64,000 nucleotides of DNA, from the IMG/VR virus record IMGVR_UViG_3300021599_001992, positions 1-64,000 of that record. One strand, given 5' to 3'. Of the stretch, positions 38,378 through 49,100 are shown one piece after another; the first letter of the stretch is position 1; every line of letters begins with the position of its first letter. This stretch comes from a virus. The notes below the pieces were generated by a model. It saw only the letters and a list, made by a program, of their open reading frames with translations. It was not told the origin of the DNA and made no database searches. Position numbers and translations under genes: made by a program.

Positions 38378-39130
38378 ATGGAAGAATTAAGAATAGACCC
38401 AGCAATTGCATATGATGTAATTGAATTACCAAGTAAAGGTATTCATTATACTAATGGAAAAAAATCAATCAGAGTAGCATATCTAACCGCATCTGATGAA
38501 AATATATTAGCGTCTCCAACTTTAATGTCGACAAATTCAATTGTAAGTGAGTTACTAAAGAGAAAAATTTTAGATAGGGATATTAATATTGAAGAAATAG
38601 TTGAGGAAGATAAACAAGCGATTTTAATATTTTTAAGAAATACCGCATTTGGTTCAGAATATAAGTTTACATTAACTGATCCTAAAACAGAAAAAGAATT
38701 TGAAACTACGATAGATTTATCAGAAATTAAAATAAAAGATTTTAATCTAACAACAGATGTTAATGGAGAATATTCGTATTTTTTACAAAAAAGTAATGTC
38801 GAGATAACTTTTAAATTTTTAACACAAAAACAAGAAGACGAGATTAATAAAATAAGAGATAGTTGGAATGGAATAGGTGTTGCTCCTATTGTTACCAAAC
38901 AACTTGAATTCATGATAAAATCAATAGGTGGAGTAAGAGATCCTTTACAAATACGAAATTTTATCGAAACAAAAATGCCCATTAAAGATTCTCAAGATTT
39001 TAAAAAGTTTGTAAAAGAAAATAAACCAAGTTTAGATTTAACTAAAAGTGTAATTACCCCATCAGGAGATACAATCCAAGTAAATATTGGATTTGGGGTA
39101 GAATTTTTTCGCCCTTTCTACGGATTATAG
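38378..39130 (+). CDS. Tail/baseplate-hub assembly chaperone, T4 gp26-like
   Basis: IELPSKG..Y, LTA.DE.IL, D..AILIFLR..AFG..Y; ends G.EFFRP; lies between tube and tape measure. Confidence 0.75.
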   Translation: MEELRIDPAIAYDVIELPSKGIHYTNGKKSIRVAYLTASDENILASPTLMSTNSIVSELLKRKILDRDINIEEIVEEDKQAILIFLRNTAFGSEYKFTLTDPKTEKEFETTIDLSEIKIKDFNLTTDVNGEYSYFLQKSNVEITFKFLTQKQEDEINKIRDSWNGIGVAPIVTKQLEFMIKSIGGVRDPLQIRNFIETKMPIKDSQDFKKFVKENKPSLDLTKSVITPSGDTIQVNIGFGVEFFRPFYGL

Positions 39131-39254
39131 AAAAGGTTTATTAAATGAGATTTTATTCTTAATAAAAAAGGGTTTTTCATATTCTGACATAATTTCAATG
39201 CCTGTATATGTAAGAAGATATTATATAAACTATATAATTGAATTAGAAAGTTAA
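39105..39254 (+). CDS. Startless +1-frame extension (gp51/gpT-like) of the chaperone
   Basis: FFALSTDYRKGLLNEILFLIKKGFSYSDIISMPVYVRRYYINYIIELES; in-frame TAG at 39099; overlaps the chaperone at TTTTTTC. Confidence 0.65.
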   Translation, partial: FFALSTDYRKGLLNEILFLIKKGFSYSDIISMPVYVRRYYINYIIELES

Positions 39255-39274
39255 TTTAGTCGTATTTATTACAT

Positions 39275-39457
39275 ATGGCAGATTTATATGATTTAGCGAA
39301 AGCTAATAAAGTTACGGAATTTGAAAAAGAATGGGCAAGTTTACAATCACCTCCTGTAGCTTGGCCATTTACGAATTCAACCGATAGATCAAATTGTAGT
39401 GCTTCATTTAATTATTATAAAAGTTTATCAGGAGGAGGGGGCGGCGGAAAAAAATAA
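39275..39457 (+). CDS. Short ORF, probable N-terminal segment of the tape measure protein
   Basis: Late motif 4 nt upstream; ends in poly-Gly-KK over an A7 run. Confidence 0.55.
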   Translation: MADLYDLAKANKVTEFEKEWASLQSPPVAWPFTNSTDRSNCSASFNYYKSLSGGGGGGKK

Positions 39458-39458
39458 A

Positions 39459-41000
39459 ATGATTCAAGGTGAAATGTTGAATCAATTAAAAAGAGAGTCT
39501 GATTTACATACAAATATTTCAGAAAAAATTGGTTTATCTGGTGATTTATTGGAAATATATGTTGATAGAATTGCTGAATCACAAATCAACGCATTAAGAT
39601 TTGGGTACAATATGGAACAGGTTTCAGGTATGATTACAAGCATGTCTGACGCGAATGGTAAATTTAATTTATTATCAGAAAAAACATTAAACAGAACATA
39701 TGAAACCGGTAGGGCGTTTATTGGAAGTTTGAGAGAATTAGGTGTTGCAATGACAGAATTTGAAAAAGTTGGTATTGGGGCTAAAAACGCCATGGACGCA
39801 ATAGATAAATCAGGAAGATCTTCTATGTCTTTAGGTTTGAATGCGAAGAAAACAACAGAAATGTTGAGAAACGACATAGGTAAATTAAATGAATTTGGAT
39901 TTAGTGGTGGTGTGGATGGTTTGAGTAGAATGGTACAAAAATCTTTAGAATTTAGAATGAACATGAGTGAAGTTTTTAAATTCGCAGATAAAGTAATGGA
40001 TCCTGATAAAGCAATAGAGTTGACCGCAAATATGCAAATGTTAGGTGGTGCTGTTGGAGATTTAAATGATCCACTTAAATTAATGTATATGGCAACAAAT
40101 AATGTTGAGGGTTTACAAGATGCATTAATTGGTGCGGCCGGTGAATTGGCGGTATTTAACGAGGAACAAGGTAGATTTGAAATTACCGGTTTGAATCTTA
40201 GAAGAGCAAAAGAAATGGCGAACCAACTTGGTATAAGTTATCAAGAATTAACAAAAAGTGCTATTGCTTCTCAAGAAAGACTTGTTGCAACAAATGATTT
40301 ACTTAGTAAAGGATTTGATATATCTGACGCAGATAGAGAATTTATAGTGAATATGTCACAAATGAAGGATGGTAAAATGACCATAACTGTACCAGATGAT
40401 GTTGCAAAAAAATTAGGAACAAGTACTGAGGTTGCAATAGAAAGTCTTACAGAAGAACAGGTTAAAACACTTACAAGTCTAAAAGAGGATTTAAGGACTA
40501 AAAGTGTTGAAGAAATTGCAAGAGGTCAATTTGATTCAGTAAAAAACATTGAAAACGATTTAAAATCTTTAACACAAAGATCAATAAGGGATTTTGGAAA
40601 AAAAACGATAGGTAAGGGTGGTACAGTTGATGTTGGTAAGTCATTAGACAATGTATTTGGTGATTCTTTAGAAATTCTCGGTAAAAGACAAACGGCAGGA
40701 GATGCGGGTATTTTTAAAACTTTATTAGAACCAATCACGAATACTATTGAGACAGCGTTGACTGATTTGGATATAAAAGGTAAGTTTGAAGATATGTTTA
40801 AATCTCTTGGAGATCAATTAAAGGCCATGTCAAAATCAGGTGATATGACAAAATACAATGAACAAGAATCCGAAAGAAGATTGAGAAATGAGGATAACAA
40901 ACCTATCGCATTTAATTTTAAACATGATTTTAATCTTGTTCCACGTTTTGATGTTCCATTTAATTTAGAATATAAAGGTTCGAAAGAAGAATACGTTTAA
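39459..41000 (+). CDS. Tape measure protein (main body)
   Basis: Helical, Ala/Gly/Met-rich; follows tube and chaperone; first ATG at 39459. Confidence 0.7.
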   Translation: MIQGEMLNQLKRESDLHTNISEKIGLSGDLLEIYVDRIAESQINALRFGYNMEQVSGMITSMSDANGKFNLLSEKTLNRTYETGRAFIGSLRELGVAMTEFEKVGIGAKNAMDAIDKSGRSSMSLGLNAKKTTEMLRNDIGKLNEFGFSGGVDGLSRMVQKSLEFRMNMSEVFKFADKVMDPDKAIELTANMQMLGGAVGDLNDPLKLMYMATNNVEGLQDALIGAAGELAVFNEEQGRFEITGLNLRRAKEMANQLGISYQELTKSAIASQERLVATNDLLSKGFDISDADREFIVNMSQMKDGKMTITVPDDVAKKLGTSTEVAIESLTEEQVKTLTSLKEDLRTKSVEEIARGQFDSVKNIENDLKSLTQRSIRDFGKKTIGKGGTVDVGKSLDNVFGDSLEILGKRQTAGDAGIFKTLLEPITNTIETALTDLDIKGKFEDMFKSLGDQLKAMSKSGDMTKYNEQESERRLRNEDNKPIAFNFKHDFNLVPRFDVPFNLEYKGSKEEYV

Positions 41001-41049
41001 ATGTTTATTAGTTTTTTTATTTTATCTATTTATAGTATAAAAAGGACTA

Positions 41050-44000
41050 ATGCCAAGTTACACAAGTTTTGAATATACTAAAAGTTTAAGAGACGATCTT
41101 CTCAGAAGGACGTTAGATCCCGTATATGGTAATTATGTATCTCCTAAGAGGTTTACAAGAGACAACTATCAAGTACAAACACAAAATGACTATTCCAATA
41201 TAGATTTACCACCAGTAGATTCAAATAGATCAACAGAATTATCTAAACCCAAGTCTTTAAATACTTTTAAACCTACAGAATATAATATATTTGAAAATTT
41301 ATCAAATTTACAAAGACGAGCTAACTTACAGTTATATCCTTATTTTACAAAAACAAATGATGGATTAATAGGCATACTTACCACCAAATCATATGATAAC
41401 GAATCTGAATTATTTAAATTTGCTGCTCGTCACATAAAATCAGAAAAAACAGGTCCACTATTATCAAGAATTGAACAGAATTTATACACCTCTACAGTTG
41501 CTAAAGTAAGAATTGCGGATGCATTACAAGGTAATACCACAACATTAGTCAACATATTAAAAGGTAAAGAACCTTTAATTGAAGGTAATAATAAAATAAC
41601 GGTGGCAAAAAGTCTACCGGGTAAAGCTATAGATTTTGCACAGACTGTTGCGGGACTTCAATTACCATTTACAGAAATACCGGGTGATTATTTATCTAAT
41701 CCAAGAAATCCTGTTAATGTTAGACCAACACAAACAACTTTAGCAACAAAAGTGTGGCAAGATGTCACTGGTGTTTTAGGTAGTATTGTGGGTATTGATA
41801 GAAGACCACTACCAAGTAGAAAACCATCAGATTTGATGATAGAATATATGGGAAGTGCATCAAAAAATAGACTTTTTGATTTATTGGCGTACTCAAAGTA
41901 TGCACCAAATTATACAACTCTTGCAAGATCACAACAGTCAACTAAAATATTTGATATACCAAATGCATTTGCACAAGGAATTAAAACATTGTTAGGTACG
42001 GAGGCACCAAATGGTTTAGCATATATTGGAGATGATAGAGGGAACGATGTTAAAAATGCAACAACAGATTTATTTAGTGGAAGAAAAATTAAAAGTAATT
42101 ACTATCAAACAATTTTATTTGATCCTGAATTATCTAAATTAACAAGACAAACATCTCTTTCTGAAAAGGGATCGATACCTGGAAATCTAACTTGGATAGG
42201 AAAAAAATCAGAAAACAAACTTAATTTATATAGTAATTCAACTAACGAGGAACAAACAAAATTAAATGAATCTTTATCTAAAATATTCAAGTTTAGAACT
42301 GATAGTATTTTAGAAACAACACAACAAATTTTAGAAACACAACCAAAAGGTGGTGAAGGTAAATCACATATTGCCAATGTAATTGACCAAACAAGTAGAT
42401 TTTTTAAGGAAGGAGATATAATGATATCTAAAGGGTCTGCGGTAAAATATGTTGCAAATGGTAAAGATATAGGAGTTGAATATGCGAGAGTATGGACTAA
42501 AGATAGACCGTATTATAAAATGGCAGATACTATGCCGTTCTATAAAGAAACAGAATCAACACCTTATTATAAAAAAACAGAAAGACCATATAGAAGAACT
42601 AATGTTAGAAGATTTGATGGTAGTGTTATGTCGGATACATGGAATCTGAATATTGCACCAATGTCTAACGGGAAAAAAGATTTTTCAAGTTCATCGAATA
42701 TTTTTAAAATTGAAGGAAGTCAAGAATTTTATGCTAAAAAGTATATGTTATCAATAGAAAACTTAGCATGGAAGACATCAAATAAAGAATTTTTCACTGT
42801 TAATGATTTACCATTTTGCGAAAGAGGACCAAATGGAGGAAGAGTAATGTGGTTTCCACCTTATGATTTAAAAGTTAGTGAACAAAACAATGCCACTTGG
42901 GATAAGAACGTTTTCTTAGGAAGACCGGAACCAATTTATACATATCAGGGTACAGAAAGAAACGGACAACTTTCGTTTAAAATTATTGTTGACCACCCGA
43001 GTATATTAAATTTATTAATCCGTGAACATTTTAAAAATATGACGGATGAACAGGCGGATGATTATATTAATGCATATTTTTCTGGTGCTAAAGATATTGA
43101 TTTTTATAGTTTAATAAGAACATATACAACATTAGATTCATCTGATATACAATTAGTTCAAAGATATCTTGCGTCGGCAAACAAAGAAGAAAATTTAAAA
43201 AAGGCACAACAACTAAAACAACAACAAGTAAAAGATGACCCGTCAAGTGTTGAAAATCCTGAAGGTAAAGATGAAACAATAAAAAAAGATTTTGTTTTAA
43301 ATTTCATTAAAAATGTTCCATTAGGAAGTGATGAAAAATATAATGGTGATTATGGTGAAGTACCTGGTAAATTTAGTGTGATAGAAAACTCATATATTGA
43401 TGAGTTAACAGACGATTTGACACAATTAATTGCAGGAGATAAACCTGAAGATACTCAAGATATGTTAATAATTTTTGGTAAAGAAAGACTTGAAACATCT
43501 GAAATTACACCGGCAACCGAAATAGTTTTAAATAAAGTTAATGAAGTTTTTCAAAATATTAATTCACAAATTAATGATTTAGATTCTGTATTGTCGGATA
43601 TAAAAGATAATTTAGATAAAAGATCATTAAAAGAAATAATTGTTAATATAAATTCATTTACATCTGATTTATCTGATGACGATGCGTCATATAAATTATC
43701 ACTAAGAAGAGCACATTCAATAATAAAATATATAGTTAAAAAAATATCTAATTCAGATTCTTCAACAATTGATCAAGAATGGACAAATTTTGAAGACAAT
43801 AGTGTAATTGCAAGAGGTCAACAAATTATAAAAGACATAATAGTACCCTTTAATAAGTTAGGATATGTGAATGTTGATGGATCTTTTGTAATAAAAACCG
43901 TAAGTCACGGACCAAAATTACAAAATGATTACGATCAAGATTGTCATCAAAAAACATTTAACAATCCAAAATTAAGACAATATACACCAAAATCTTTTGG

Positions 44001-45798
44001 TTGTAGAAGATCTGCGGTAAAAGTGGAGTATACTAAAATAGTAAAAAAAGAAACACCACCTGCATCAAATACAACTATAGTAATAGAACCAACAACAGAT
44101 ACTACTAAACCACCAATTGATGTGATGAAAAGAATAGTAATGAAAACATTAACAGAATGTTACTATTTTAAAATGTTAGAGGAAACATCCCCCGTACAGT
44201 TCAACACGTTAAGAGAAAAATTAAAATATTTTCATCCGGGATTTCATTCAATGACTCCTGAAGGGTTAAATGCAAGATTAACATTTTTAAATCAGTGTTT
44301 AAGACCTGGTGATACAATACCAGTAAAAGGTCTTGCCGAAACTTCAGATATTAATGCAAGAAATACATCTTTTGGTCCACCACCTATTTGTGTATTAAGA
44401 GTTGGTGATTTTTATCATTCAAAAATAATCATAAGAGATGTTAATATAACTTTCGATGATGGGGTTTGGGATTTAAATGCTGATGGAATTGGAGTACAAC
44501 CAATGATTGCAAGTGTCTCATTACAAATTAATTTTATAGGTGGACACGGATTAGAAAGACCAATTGAAAGGTTACAAAACGCATTATCCTCAAATTTTTA
44601 TGCTAATACTGAAATGTATGATGAAAGATCAATTTCAACAGCAACAAAAATTGGAGGTAAAGACGCGGAAGAATTTACAAAAGAATTTTTAACTGAATTA
44701 AATAACGATTACATATCTAAACAAAAATTAAAAGATTCAAACGGAAATACATTTGTAGAGGGAAAGTATTTTGGAACACTTTCAGGGTCCACATTAGACT
44801 ATACTACTATGATAGATGAATTATTCACAAATACAGAAGAATATTTCAATTCATACGAAAAGACACATGAAATTATATTAGAAAAATATGGATCAGATGT
44901 TGGTAGATTACTATTACATCCTGATTACAGAACAACAAAAACATTAGATGTTGAGAATGGATCAACAGGAACATCTGTTGAATTATTTGGTATAACATCA
45001 AATAATTTTAGTATACCCTCTACATTAGATTCTTTGAGATTAAAATTTATTAGTGAAATTTTTACAAATGAAAATCTTGCAACATTAATGACACTAAACG
45101 AAGTTATACCAAGTGATAAACTACAAAATGTAGATGATGTTTTATATCAAGAATATAACTTTGATCAAAAATTTTCTGACATATTATTAGGAGTTTTTAG
45201 TGATTTTGAAAGTACAATAAAAGATGTTGAAAAAAATAGAAATAAAATTATAAAGACAATTGACGAATTAAACTATGTAGTAAAAAATAGTTTTGATGTA
45301 AAATTCCAAGACAATAATTCTACTAAAGCAGTTTTATCTGCTTTCACACCTTCAGATTTTTATAAAAATTATGACAATTGTATTGAGGAAATAAAAAAGA
45401 ACGCACCTAAATTTTATTCTAAAATAGATAGTACGTTAGATTTTAAAAATCTTAGTTCAATAACTAACGATCAAAAGAGTATAATTATTGCACAATTAAC
45501 TTCAAAATTAGAAGAAGAAATTTATAATATATTAGTTGAAAAATTACCATTATACAGTATTGAAGTTAGTGAGGAAATGAAAAGACAAATAAAAAGACAA
45601 CTTAATAGGTTTTATAGTAAGAATAAAGTAAAAAATACAAATTTAAGAATACCTAAATTAAGAAAAAGAAGAAACGATAAAAAAATTTCATATTCAGTTA
45701 GTTTACAAGATACTATCACAACAACCGATGAAATTAAAAAATTATTTTCTACACAAAATTCAGTTACAAATAAACTAAATTATTATAGAGTGATATGA
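41050..45798 (+). CDS. Large baseplate / tube-initiator protein with embedded OmpA-like domain
   Basis: FPPY....E...A.W....FLGR.EPIYTY...ER and PP...LR.GD.....II gp48/54-like motifs; central LS.RRA.SI..YI. Confidence 0.6.
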   Translation: MPSYTSFEYTKSLRDDLLRRTLDPVYGNYVSPKRFTRDNYQVQTQNDYSNIDLPPVDSNRSTELSKPKSLNTFKPTEYNIFENLSNLQRRANLQLYPYFTKTNDGLIGILTTKSYDNESELFKFAARHIKSEKTGPLLSRIEQNLYTSTVAKVRIADALQGNTTTLVNILKGKEPLIEGNNKITVAKSLPGKAIDFAQTVAGLQLPFTEIPGDYLSNPRNPVNVRPTQTTLATKVWQDVTGVLGSIVGIDRRPLPSRKPSDLMIEYMGSASKNRLFDLLAYSKYAPNYTTLARSQQSTKIFDIPNAFAQGIKTLLGTEAPNGLAYIGDDRGNDVKNATTDLFSGRKIKSNYYQTILFDPELSKLTRQTSLSEKGSIPGNLTWIGKKSENKLNLYSNSTNEEQTKLNESLSKIFKFRTDSILETTQQILETQPKGGEGKSHIANVIDQTSRFFKEGDIMISKGSAVKYVANGKDIGVEYARVWTKDRPYYKMADTMPFYKETESTPYYKKTERPYRRTNVRRFDGSVMSDTWNLNIAPMSNGKKDFSSSSNIFKIEGSQEFYAKKYMLSIENLAWKTSNKEFFTVNDLPFCERGPNGGRVMWFPPYDLKVSEQNNATWDKNVFLGRPEPIYTYQGTERNGQLSFKIIVDHPSILNLLIREHFKNMTDEQADDYINAYFSGAKDIDFYSLIRTYTTLDSSDIQLVQRYLASANKEENLKKAQQLKQQQVKDDPSSVENPEGKDETIKKDFVLNFIKNVPLGSDEKYNGDYGEVPGKFSVIENSYIDELTDDLTQLIAGDKPEDTQDMLIIFGKERLETSEITPATEIVLNKVNEVFQNINSQINDLDSVLSDIKDNLDKRSLKEIIVNINSFTSDLSDDDASYKLSLRRAHSIIKYIVKKISNSDSSTIDQEWTNFEDNSVIARGQQIIKDIIVPFNKLGYVNVDGSFVIKTVSHGPKLQNDYDQDCHQKTFNNPKLRQYTPKSFGCRRSAVKVEYTKIVKKETPPASNTTIVIEPTTDTTKPPIDVMKRIVMKTLTECYYFKMLEETSPVQFNTLREKLKYFHPGFHSMTPEGLNARLTFLNQCLRPGDTIPVKGLAETSDINARNTSFGPPPICVLRVGDFYHSKIIIRDVNITFDDGVWDLNADGIGVQPMIASVSLQINFIGGHGLERPIERLQNALSSNFYANTEMYDERSISTATKIGGKDAEEFTKEFLTELNNDYISKQKLKDSNGNTFVEGKYFGTLSGSTLDYTTMIDELFTNTEEYFNSYEKTHEIILEKYGSDVGRLLLHPDYRTTKTLDVENGSTGTSVELFGITSNNFSIPSTLDSLRLKFISEIFTNENLATLMTLNEVIPSDKLQNVDDVLYQEYNFDQKFSDILLGVFSDFESTIKDVEKNRNKIIKTIDELNYVVKNSFDVKFQDNNSTKAVLSAFTPSDFYKNYDNCIEEIKKNAPKFYSKIDSTLDFKNLSSITNDQKSIIIAQLTSKLEEEIYNILVEKLPLYSIEVSEEMKRQIKRQLNRFYSKNKVKNTNLRIPKLRKRRNDKKISYSVSLQDTITTTDEIKKLFSTQNSVTNKLNYYRVI

Positions 45799-46121
45799 GT
45801 AGACAATATTATGATAGATATGAATTCTTTGAAAAAGACGGATCATTTAATGTGGTGCCAGGAATTGATTTACCATTTAAAGGAACCGATAAATACATTC
45901 AAATGAAGAGAGGTAAAGATAGATTTGATAAACTATCTCAAGAATATTACGGTTCACCATTATATGGATGGTTAATTCAATTAGCAAATCCTTCTGTTAA
46001 TAGTGTTGAATTTGAAATACCTGATAATACTTTTATAAGAATACCATATCCTTTAATTACGACTTTACAAGATTATAAAAGAGGTGTAGAATTGTACAGA
46101 TTATATTATGGACAGGATTGA
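45795..46121 (+). CDS. Baseplate wedge gp53 / LysM-like (tail X) protein
   Basis: DRFDKLSQEYYG.P.YGWLI..ANP..IRIP. Confidence 0.75.
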   Translation: MSRQYYDRYEFFEKDGSFNVVPGIDLPFKGTDKYIQMKRGKDRFDKLSQEYYGSPLYGWLIQLANPSVNSVEFEIPDNTFIRIPYPLITTLQDYKRGVELYRLYYGQD

Positions 46122-49100
46122 TAATAAAAACGAAGAAATTCTTATTAAGGTTGATCAAAATAATTTGATTTATATTGATCCAAATAGCGTGGTTGATGAA
46201 ACGGGATTGGTATATCCAAGAAATCTTAACCAAGAAAAATTAGTAATGTATGCTAATTTAGAGGCAGATATTGTACCGAGGTCAAATCTTGTTGCTGGAA
46301 ATGACAAAAATACACTTACAAGTATTGCAAAAGGTACTTTGAATTTTCTAAAAAATCAAGAAGGTGAAGATTACGACACAAATTGGACTGATTCATATTC
46401 GGAATATAGAGAAAAAACAAAAAAAGTTGATGGGAAAATAGTATCTACAGGTGAATTTTATCAATCAGACACAACTGGTCAATCTTTTGGAATTGACACT
46501 ATAAAAGTTGATATAAAAGGAGCAAATTCAATACCACAAGTACAGATAAATTTTATTGATGTAAGAGGAAAGACATTATTTGAATCACCCGAAAATTCAC
46601 CATATAGAGCATTCTTTCATGTCCCTTGGCCAATATTTTATTTAACTCTTAAAGGGTACTTTGGAAAGGCAATTAGATATAGATTACATTTAGTAAAATT
46701 CACATCAAAGTTTAACGAGTCTAATGGTAATTTTGAAGTACAGACTACATTTGTAGGATCAACGTATGCATATCTTTCAGATATAACATTACAAGGAATT
46801 TTGAATGCTCCGTATATGTACATAAAAGATACAATAAGTGATAAAATTTTTAATCCAAATACCCAACTATATGATCAAAAAGCATCAAAATCATCTAAAG
46901 GTTATTCGATATTAAAAAGTGTATATAGTGAATATAAAGCTAAAGGTCTTCTTAATGAAAATTTTCCAGTAAAAACACTAAGAGAACTTGTACTCAATGC
47001 TCAGTCTTTAGACAAAATATTAGAACAAGAAATTTTTGGTAAGTATGTTGACATGAGCATATTTGCAGCATTAAAAAAGTTTGAAACAGACATTATCAAT
47101 TTTGAAAAATCTGTTAAAGCATGGGGAGGTAAAAATTTAGATAGGAAAACAGGTCTTAGTTTAGGTAATTCAACAGATGAAGAAAGTAAGGTGTTTTATC
47201 CATTGAAAGAAAATAAAAACAGTTTAGACTTAGTAACAGGAGACACTAAAAATGGTGCATTGGAACAATTAATTGTTTCATATACAACAAAACTTTCAGA
47301 AAGTAATTTATTAGCAAGTAATATTTTAAATAAAACAAGTTCGGTGTTCTCAAAGGGTAGTATGAAATTGAACACCAAAATTCAAAAAATAGGTGATTAC
47401 TATAAAACAACAGATAACGGTGCTGTCTATGTCGGTATAAATCTTTTGGTAAATGACATTAGAGATGTTAACAAAAGTTTTAATGAACAAAAAGAAAAAT
47501 TGGAAACGGATGTTGAATCCAAAATGAATGAAATAGTAAAAGACCCATCTAAAGGAATCGGGTTCGAACCTACAGTTAGAAATATATTTGCGGTAATTTT
47601 AGCAAACACCGATACATACATAAGATTACATAAAGATGTTCACCAAAGAGCCATTGATGTTGGAAATGAAAGAAAAAAAATTATAAAAAGTTTTACAGAC
47701 GAAACACCCGGAGAACCAATTTATCCTTGGCCTGAAATTAAAAAAAACGCAGACAAATCAAAACAAAAAGTAATTGCTTACCCTGGTGAAACAAGTTTAA
47801 AAGACAAACTAAAATCATACGATTCTAAACTTTGGCCTGAAGTAGAGTTTGTTGAAAATTTTGTATCGGTAGCAACTCAAAAAGACGACCCAAGTTCAGA
47901 AGAATCAAATTCAGGTGTTAATTTTATTTTTGAAACGGATTTAGATAAAACAAAAATTGGTTCGATAAATACATTATTATCCTTAAGTAAAATAATACCA
48001 TATGTAGATAAAACACAAGCAGGATTTTTATATGAAATGTGGGAAAGAAGTTTTAATACATTAATGTTTGAATCATATAATAATGAAATTATAAAAAGAT
48101 TAGCTAATATTGAATATGAATCAATACAAGAATCAATCAAAGAAGATCAAGATTTAATAAAATTACTTATAAAAAAATCAAGAAGTTTAAGTGATTTAAA
48201 AAACGTATTAAAAGAAATTGCACCAATACAAAAATATCTTTACTACGAAGATCAATTACCATCAACACAATATATTCAAGAATTAATTGAAAATCCATAT
48301 AACATTGAACAATATGAACCTAAACCACAATCAACAAAATTAAATGATGATTATGATAGATTAAGTAAAGAATTGGAAAACTTTAGTGTTGAAAATTATA
48401 GACAACACATGTTTCCATTTAATGCAACTAATTACTTAAAATATGTAAATGACCCTCAATTCACTAAAAAAGAAAATAGGTATAATTTTAATAATTACTT
48501 TTCAGTAAACTTATCACAGGGTTTTATATCTGGTATAATTGATCCTAATTTGTGGGTAAATGGTAACTATTTTAAACAAAATATATTTGGCAGAGGTTTA
48601 ACTATCGATGATACATTCATTAATATTTTAAACACACCATATTTCCATAATCAACTATATTCAGATTTTAAATCAAATACAAATATTACAGGGAAATACG
48701 CTGGATCTGCATATCTTTTATTAAATTCATTACCATTTGTTGATTTAGAAACAAAATTTGATCATACATTAAGTAACGGTAAAAAGATTGAAAATTTAAC
48801 AGTTTCACATGTTTTCAGAGAATTAAGTGCAAGTCATTATATTCCATATCATTTAATGTTAAAATGGGGATCAATTTATCATAGATATAAAAAATATATT
48901 AAAGAAGGAATTGATATATTAGGTGAACATATACCAACCCAAAGAACAGGTTTTATTGATTCATCGAATAATGTAATACCTGTTGACGCAGATTTATTAT
49001 TTAACAACTATGGTACTGAAACATTTAGTATTAGTGGATATTCAGTAAATAATACAAGTAAAGATGTTGGAATTTATCCATTTTATCAATCAGTATATTC

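Noticed and set aside
39128-39150. Stop-codon readthrough of the chaperone TAG
   Set aside because: Frame 0 hits TGA after five codons; the meaningful extension is in the +1 frame.
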